DNA of 64,000 nt from an uncultured Candidatus Binatia bacterium (GTDB lineage: Bacteria > Desulfobacterota > Binatia > UBA9968 > JAJDTQ01). The first letter of the stretch is position 1. Each line of letters begins with the position of its first letter. Below, in pieces: positions 58,948 through 64,000 of the stretch. The translations under genes were made by a program, and so were the position numbers. The notes below the pieces were generated by a model. The model made no database searches and was not told where the DNA came from. It saw only the letters and a list, made by a program, of their open reading frames with translations. The stretch covers positions 2,368,001-2,432,000 of the forward strand of contig OZ243916.1 in assembly GCA_965213675.1 (NCBI GenBank), written 5' to 3'.

Positions 58948-59066
58948 CCCCTCCGTCATTCCCCTCCGTCATTCCCGCGAAAGCGGGAATCCAGGGGCGG
59001 TGGGGGGTGCTGCAGCGGCGTTTCCCCCCTCCACCCCTCCTGGATTCCCGCATTCGCGGGAGTATC
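58948..59066. repeat. REP-like palindromic element
   Basis: CGTCATTCCCGCGAAAGCGGGAATCCAG ... CTGGATTCCCGCATTCGCGGGA inverted pair, preceded by CCCCTCCGTCATT x2. Confidence 0.75.
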
Positions 59067-59129
59067 GGTCATGGGGCGGCGTTGCCGTGCAGCCTTGCCC
59101 GGCCTTCGCGGACGTAATAAGTTCCCTCC

Positions 59130-60584
59130 ATGCCGACGAACCGACCCGTCATCAAGGGCGCCGCCACCGCCCTCGCCCACACCCCGAGCCTGGTCCGTTA
59201 CGGCTCCAAGCCGTTCCGGGAAGCCAAGGCCAAACCGGAGTTCCTGGCGGATCTGACGCGGGGGCTGTGGAGTTACGACGACGCGTGCCGTTACCTTCCC
59301 AACCAGGTGTTCATCGGCAGCCAGGCGCCGGCACGCCTCTGGGAAGTGGAGCAGCCCTGGTTCGACAAGCTGGCGGACGCGGATGGCGGCCACACGCCTT
59401 TCGGCCACATCATGGAGGAACGGCGGTTCCTCGCCCTGCTGGCCTGCGCGGACCCCTTCAAGCATGTGCTGCTGCGGGAACGGTTCTGGGAGGAGATGCA
59501 TCCCGCGCTCTCGGCCTCGCCGCTCTCGGCGCCGCTGGCCTCCGGCACGCCGGCGCTTGTGGACGACGCCCAACTGGGCAAGGAACTAGCGGCCGCCGAT
59601 TCCCTGCCGCTCTTCGCCGGCGGCGAAGGCGCGCCCGTGGGAGTGGTCAAGACGGGCCACTCCGAGGACGAAGCGCTCTCGGCGACAGTTCTGCTGGAGA
59701 ACCTCTGCTGCAAGGTTTCGGGCGCGCTGTCCGTGCACGAGCTGCTGAACCACGTGGACGGTCTTGACCTGAGCGACGTCGACCTGGTGCTGAGCTGCTC
59801 GGAGGAGGCGGTGGGCGACCGCTACCAGCGAGGCGGCGGCAACATGGCCAAGGCCATCGCCGAGTTCGCGGGCTGCGATCTCGGCACCGGCATCGACATC
59901 AAGGACTTCTGCGCCGCGCCCATTCCCGCCATGGTCATCGGTGCCTCGCTGGTGGACAGCGGCGTGTTCGAGAACGTGATCGTGGTGGGCGGCGGGTCGC
60001 TTCCCAAGCTCGGGATGAAGTCCCTATACCACCTCGAACAAGGCATCCCGGTGCTGGAAGACGCGCTGTCCGCGGTGGCCGTGTGGATCGGCCGCGACGA
60101 CGGCAAGAGCCCGGTGGTGAACCTGCAAGCCGTCGGACGCCATCCCGTCAAGGCCGGCGCCGCCCTCGACAAGCAGTTCCGTGAGCTTGTCCTGGAGCCG
60201 CTGCGGCGGTTAGAATGGGGCGTCGACCGGCTCGATCGGGTGGTGACCGAGTTGCACAACCCGGACATCATGGTGTCCGCCAAGGCAGGCGACGTGGCCG
60301 CCCGGAACTACAAGATGATGGCCGCCATGCTCGCCATGGCCAAGGAGATCGACCGGAGCGACATCGCCGGCTTCGCGCGCGCCAAGGGGGTGTGCGGCTA
60401 CGCCCCAACCCAAGGGCACATCGCGTCGGGATTCGTCTACGTGCCCCACGCGCTCCGGGAGATGGCCGCGGGCGCCATTCGGAACTGCATGCTGGTGGCC
60501 AGGGCGAGCCTGTTCCTGGGCCAGATGACCGAACTGACGGACGGAATGTCGGTGCTGATCGAGCGGAACGACAAGCGACAGTAG
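59130..60584 (+). CDS. grdC: Glycine/sarcosine/betaine reductase component C beta subunit
   Basis: PVIKG...L.HTP, H.EDE.LSA.VLLENL, CSEEAVGDRYQRGGGNMAKAIAE, FCA, KLGM, ELHNP, APTQGHI.SG, SLFLG.MT.L.DG.S. Confidence 0.88.
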   Translation: MPTNRPVIKGAATALAHTPSLVRYGSKPFREAKAKPEFLADLTRGLWSYDDACRYLPNQVFIGSQAPARLWEVEQPWFDKLADADGGHTPFGHIMEERRFLALLACADPFKHVLLRERFWEEMHPALSASPLSAPLASGTPALVDDAQLGKELAAADSLPLFAGGEGAPVGVVKTGHSEDEALSATVLLENLCCKVSGALSVHELLNHVDGLDLSDVDLVLSCSEEAVGDRYQRGGGNMAKAIAEFAGCDLGTGIDIKDFCAAPIPAMVIGASLVDSGVFENVIVVGGGSLPKLGMKSLYHLEQGIPVLEDALSAVAVWIGRDDGKSPVVNLQAVGRHPVKAGAALDKQFRELVLEPLRRLEWGVDRLDRVVTELHNPDIMVSAKAGDVAARNYKMMAAMLAMAKEIDRSDIAGFARAKGVCGYAPTQGHIASGFVYVPHALREMAAGAIRNCMLVARASLFLGQMTELTDGMSVLIERNDKRQ

Positions 60585-60667
60585 CTCTCAAACCCCGCGA
60601 AAATACGAAGTTTTACACCAATAGAGTCAAGTTCAAGGTTTGACCCTGCCAAACGAGGAGAACCCCC

Positions 60668-61138
60668 ATGTCAGCGCAACCCATCACACTCAACGGCAAG
60701 AAGCTCATCATCCTGGGGGAACGGGACGGCGTCCCCGCCCCGGTCATCGAGCAGGCCATCGCGGGACTGGGAGGTGAGGTCGCGTACGCCGCCACCCAGT
60801 GCTTCGTTTGAACAGCCGCTGGGGCCATGGACCTTGAGGATCAAGGTCGAATAAAAGAACTCGCTGAAGAATACGGAAAGGACGGCATCGTCGTGCTGCT
60901 CGGCGCCCCTACCACCGAGAGCAGCCAAGTCCAGTTCGAGACCGTTACCACCGGCGACCCCTCCTACGCCGGCCCCCTCGCCGGCGTGGAGCTCGGCCTC
61001 CCCGCCTACCACGTCTTCGAGCCCAACGTGAAAGCCGCCATCGACCCCGACCAGTACGCCGAGAACATCGAGGTCCTGGAGATGGGGCTGGAAGCGGACG
61101 CGATCGTGGACGCGTTGGCGGGGATGCGGGCAGGGTAG
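60668..61138 (+). CDS. grdA: Glycine/sarcosine/betaine reductase selenoprotein A (156 aa, Sec48 at TGA 60809-60811)
   Basis: MSAQPITLNGKKLIILGERDGVPAP...TQCFV-TGA-TAAGAMDLE...ETVTTGDPSYAGPLAGVELGL; GAGGAG RBS. The ORF track shows only the half after the TGA. Confidence 0.92.
60830..60848 (+). promoter_or_regulatory. Candidate SECIS hairpin
   Basis: GACCTTGA-GGA-TCAAGGTC, a perfect 8-bp stem with a G-containing loop, starting 18 nt after the UGA. Confidence 0.7.
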
Positions 61139-61193
61139 CATTGGGGTGACCGGTTCCGGGACTCGTTCTGGGGACACTAGAATGGCTGAAGCC

Positions 61194-61421
61194 ATGAACT
61201 ATCGAGATGTCATCACCATAGAACCCGGAAAGCGCGGCGGCAAACCGTGTATCCGAGGGCTTCGCATTACCGTTTACGATGTCCTCGAATATCTGGCATC
61301 CGGCATGTCCGAGGATCAAATACTCTCCGATTTCCCCAATCTCGAACGCGACGACATCCGCGCCTGCCTAGCGTTCGCCGCTGACCGGGAGCGCCGCTTC
61401 GTTTCGGTGCCATCCGAGTGA
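61194..61421 (+). CDS. DUF433 family antitoxin
   Basis: ITIEPGKRGGKPCIRGLRITVYDVLEYLASGMS.DQILSDFP.L...DIRACL. Confidence 0.9.
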   Translation: MNYRDVITIEPGKRGGKPCIRGLRITVYDVLEYLASGMSEDQILSDFPNLERDDIRACLAFAADRERRFVSVPSE

Positions 61422-61750
61422 GGTTGTTGTTCGACCAGAATCTGTCTCCGCGATTGCCTCGCAAGTTGGCGGGAATTTTTCCCGATTCCATACACGTTCG
61501 CGATGTAGAACTTCAGAGAGCGGACGATTCCGCGGTTTGGCAATATGCCCGCGAACACGGATTCACCATAGTCATCAAGGACTCGGACTTCCGGCAACTC
61601 AGTTTTTTGAACGGACACCCACCGAAGGTGATCTGGATTCGACGGGGCAACTGTTCTACCGATGAAATCGAGTCGATTCTTCGGCTATTCTCTGCCGACT
61701 TGGCAGACTTCAACTCGGACCCTTCGGTGTCCTACTTGGCTATGGCGTAG
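61418..61750 (+). CDS. DUF5615 PIN-like toxin
   Basis: LLFDQNLS, HVRD, DD.AVW, KDSDF, PPKVIWIR.GN; overlaps the antitoxin stop. Confidence 0.88.
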   Translation: MRLLFDQNLSPRLPRKLAGIFPDSIHVRDVELQRADDSAVWQYAREHGFTIVIKDSDFRQLSFLNGHPPKVIWIRRGNCSTDEIESILRLFSADLADFNSDPSVSYLAMA

Positions 61751-61818
61751 TTTGATGCCTCTGTCTGGCCAAGCGCTGTTTGTTGGAATCCATTAGACAC
61801 CAGCTCCTGGAGCGTTTC

Positions 61819-62045
61819 GTACCTTTTCGGACAGGAAGTGAACCCCGAGACCTGGGCGGTGTCGAAGTCGGACATCTTCATGAAAAATCCGACGGGCCGC
61901 GACGCCGAGAACATCGCGTTCGGGAGCACCCTGTCCAACGATCGTCACGCCGGCCAGACCTTCGACTACCTGATCGCCAACCCGCCCTACGGCAAGGACT
62001 GGAAACGCGACCAGGAGACTGTCGAGACCGAACACCAACGCGGTA
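61819..62045 (+). pseudogene. Type I RM HsdM internal fragment
   Basis: YLFGQEVNPETWA..KSD, GSTLSND, FDYLIANPPYGKDWK. Confidence 0.8.
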
Positions 62046-62049
62046 CGCT

Positions 62050-62276
62050 GTTTCCGCCAACGCCGCCAGTGGCCCTCACCGTTCAGTTCTACACCGACGC
62101 CGCTCGTGCTGACCGGTGGCAAGGCTACTTGAACCGGAATGCTTCACGGATCGCCACCGTACTTCGGTACCGTGGGTGAACTTCTCCGGTCCTTTCTTCG
62201 AGAGCCGTCGGATGCGATGGTACAGCGGTCGGAATTCAACGGGGTCTGGCCTAACGGTGGTCTGTGGCAGTACTGA
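62050..62276 (+). pseudogene. AbiEii-like nucleotidyltransferase C-terminal fragment, frameshifted at ~62140
   Basis: PPVALT.QFY.D..RA..W.GYL.RN, then F..VGELLRSFL.EP........F.G.WP.GG.W*. Confidence 0.5.
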
Positions 62277-62325
62277 CAACGCCCGGATACCTGCAGCGAC
62301 AATACCTCAATGGGAACGGGACGGG

Positions 62326-62441
62326 ATGACCAAGCGATCTACGGACACCGCGACCAGAAATAATTCCGGAGTCGCAGAAGACCCGATATTGGCGCCCGGG
62401 TTGAACCCCTATCCGTCCTACAAGGATTCTGGGGTCGAATG
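62326..62441 (+). pseudogene. Type I RM HsdS N-terminal fragment
   Basis: LNPYPSYKDSGVEW motif, after which homology ends. Confidence 0.7.
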
Positions 62442-62578
62442 GAGCGGTTCCGGGACGGTGAGGCTGCCGGAGGAGGATGCGAAGGAGTACGTAAGGACCC
62501 GATTCGGTGCACTACGGACATAAGCGGCGGCAAGTGGGGGCGCTTCTTCATTTGCCGTCCGCCATCCTGTGGCTCAAT

Positions 62579-64000
62579 CTATACTCTTCCGTGGACCTCC
62601 ACCGTCCCGGAAGGCGCCTGCTGCGGACACCGTTCCGCCATTTCGAGGTAGCGGCAGAAGGCGTTGGCCAGTTGCATCTGCCTCGGGGTACGGCATTCGG
62701 CTTCGAAGAGTTGCGGCGAAGCCACCAGGATCGACAGGCATTTGGCCCTGGACGTGGCGACATTGAGCCGGTTGAGACTGTAGAGGAACTCCATTCCCCG
62801 CGGCGCGTCCGTGTGTCTTGACGTGGCGGTCGAGTAGATGGCGATGGGAGCCTCCTGTCCCTGGAACTTGTCCACCGTGCCGACCCGTGCCCCCTCCGGG
62901 CAGGCGCGCTGGATCTCGAAGACCTGGGCGTTGTACGGCGTAATGATCACGATGTCCTTCAGCCTGACGGGGCATTCCCGGCCGTCGCGGTCGATCCAGG
63001 TCGCACCACCCTCCAGAATGCCGTTCACGAGCGCGCCGAGGACTTCCGCCTCTTCCGGGGAACAGTTTTGATTGCCGTGGTGCTCAACCGGCAGGTAGCG
63101 CAGGCCGGAGCCGCTCACCGGCCCCTTGGCGTGGATAACCTGTTGATCGAGGCCGGCCCTTGAACCGAGCTTGCCTTCATAGAACAGTTCGGACGTGTAT
63201 GCGGAGATGTCGGGATGGAGCCGCCAGGTCTCTTGCAGGAACAGTCCTTTCTCCGGTGGCAGCGTCTTGTCGCCGGCCAGGATATGATCCAGGGTGGACA
63301 CGCCGGTGCCGTCCGGATGACCGCCCTGGGTCGGCTGATCGAGTTGCTGCGGATCGTCGATAAGCACCACGGTCCTGGCCGCCTGCGAGACGGCCAGGAC
63401 GTTGGCAAGGGACATTTGCGCGGCTTCATCGACGAACAGCACCTCCAGCGTCTCGAATGCCTCCGGGCGGGACCACAGCCACGCGGTGCCGCCGCCGACG
63501 GATACGCCGGCTTCAAGCGCGTCGAAGAGGTCCTGATTCTTCGTGACCAGAGAAAGACCCGCCCGGGGTTCATCCGCTCCAACCGCTTGATGGAGTAGCT
63601 CTCCACGCCGGCCCGTATGCCGCGCCGCACGACCTGGTATAGATCGACGAACAGTCCGGCGCGAAGCATCCGGTCGATCTCGTCCTGCCGGGTGGCGTAA
63701 CCGCCCATCAGGCGTTTCAGGGCCGTCGGCTCGTAGGGAGCGTAGTGGTAGACGTGCATGTCCGGGAACCGTTCCCAGCGGTCCATGACGACGTCGACGA
63801 AATTCTCCAAGGCCCGTTTCTCCTCGGTTCGCGAGAAGGCCCAGTCGCCGCGGGACACGAGCTCGCCGGCGTCGCTCATCGACACGTAGCCGAACAGATA
63901 TTCAAGGCCGTGCTCACCCACGAACGGATCGCCTTCCAGGTCGAAGAAGATGTCGCCGTCCGACGGTTCCGGGAGCAAAGAGAGGCCGAAGTCCTTCTCC
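62579..64000 (-). pseudogene. TM0106-type nuclease/SF1 helicase fusion with internal deletion and frameshift (5' end off the window)
   Basis: FFDLEGDP...HVYHYAPYE...SYSIKRLE joins out of frame at ~63577 to GGTAWLW..FVDEAAQ..PQQL..VGTVDKFQGQE..NRLNVATSRA; Walker A missing. Confidence 0.8.

Noticed and set aside
60827-61138. 103-aa ORF as a complete gene, or grdA as a nonsense pseudogene
   Set aside because: The TGA falls exactly at the conserved CxxU position and a SECIS-like hairpin follows.

Overview
This is a GC-rich bacterial chromosome window; I have not assigned a taxon. Bases 1-26.8 kb hold transport and catabolic genes: two MFS transporters, two TctC proteins plus TctAB, dppBC-like ABC permeases, a UbiD decarboxylase, amidohydrolase, M24 and enolase-family enzymes, NnrS, an acyl-CoA ligase and a xanthine-dehydrogenase-family molybdoenzyme operon. 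Bases 27-56 kb are accessory: DinJ/YafQ, an RND pump, a 1356-aa NACHT-like NTPase with a C-terminal nuclease, an AAA/DUF4143 ATPase, and two convergent ~1950-aa Calx-beta/autotransporter-like surface proteins. The main observation is that the left surface-protein gene is frameshifted by a 32-copy ATCGCCGG tract between its likely true start (39264) and its signal peptide. The intact paralog has a homologous leader with 2 copies of the same octamer, which points to a repeat-controlled ON/OFF switch. The right paralog sits inside a degraded integrase/relaxase element that appears to have integrated into a fitB (PIN) toxin gene and supplied it with a new start. The right end carries grdC and a selenoprotein grdA (in-frame TGA plus SECIS-like hairpin) that the ORF track splits, a DUF433/DUF5615 toxin-antitoxin pair, and deletion relics of a type I RM/AbiE locus and a nuclease-helicase. 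No rRNA, tRNA or CRISPR array was recognised. All family calls come from motif recognition by eye, not database searches.
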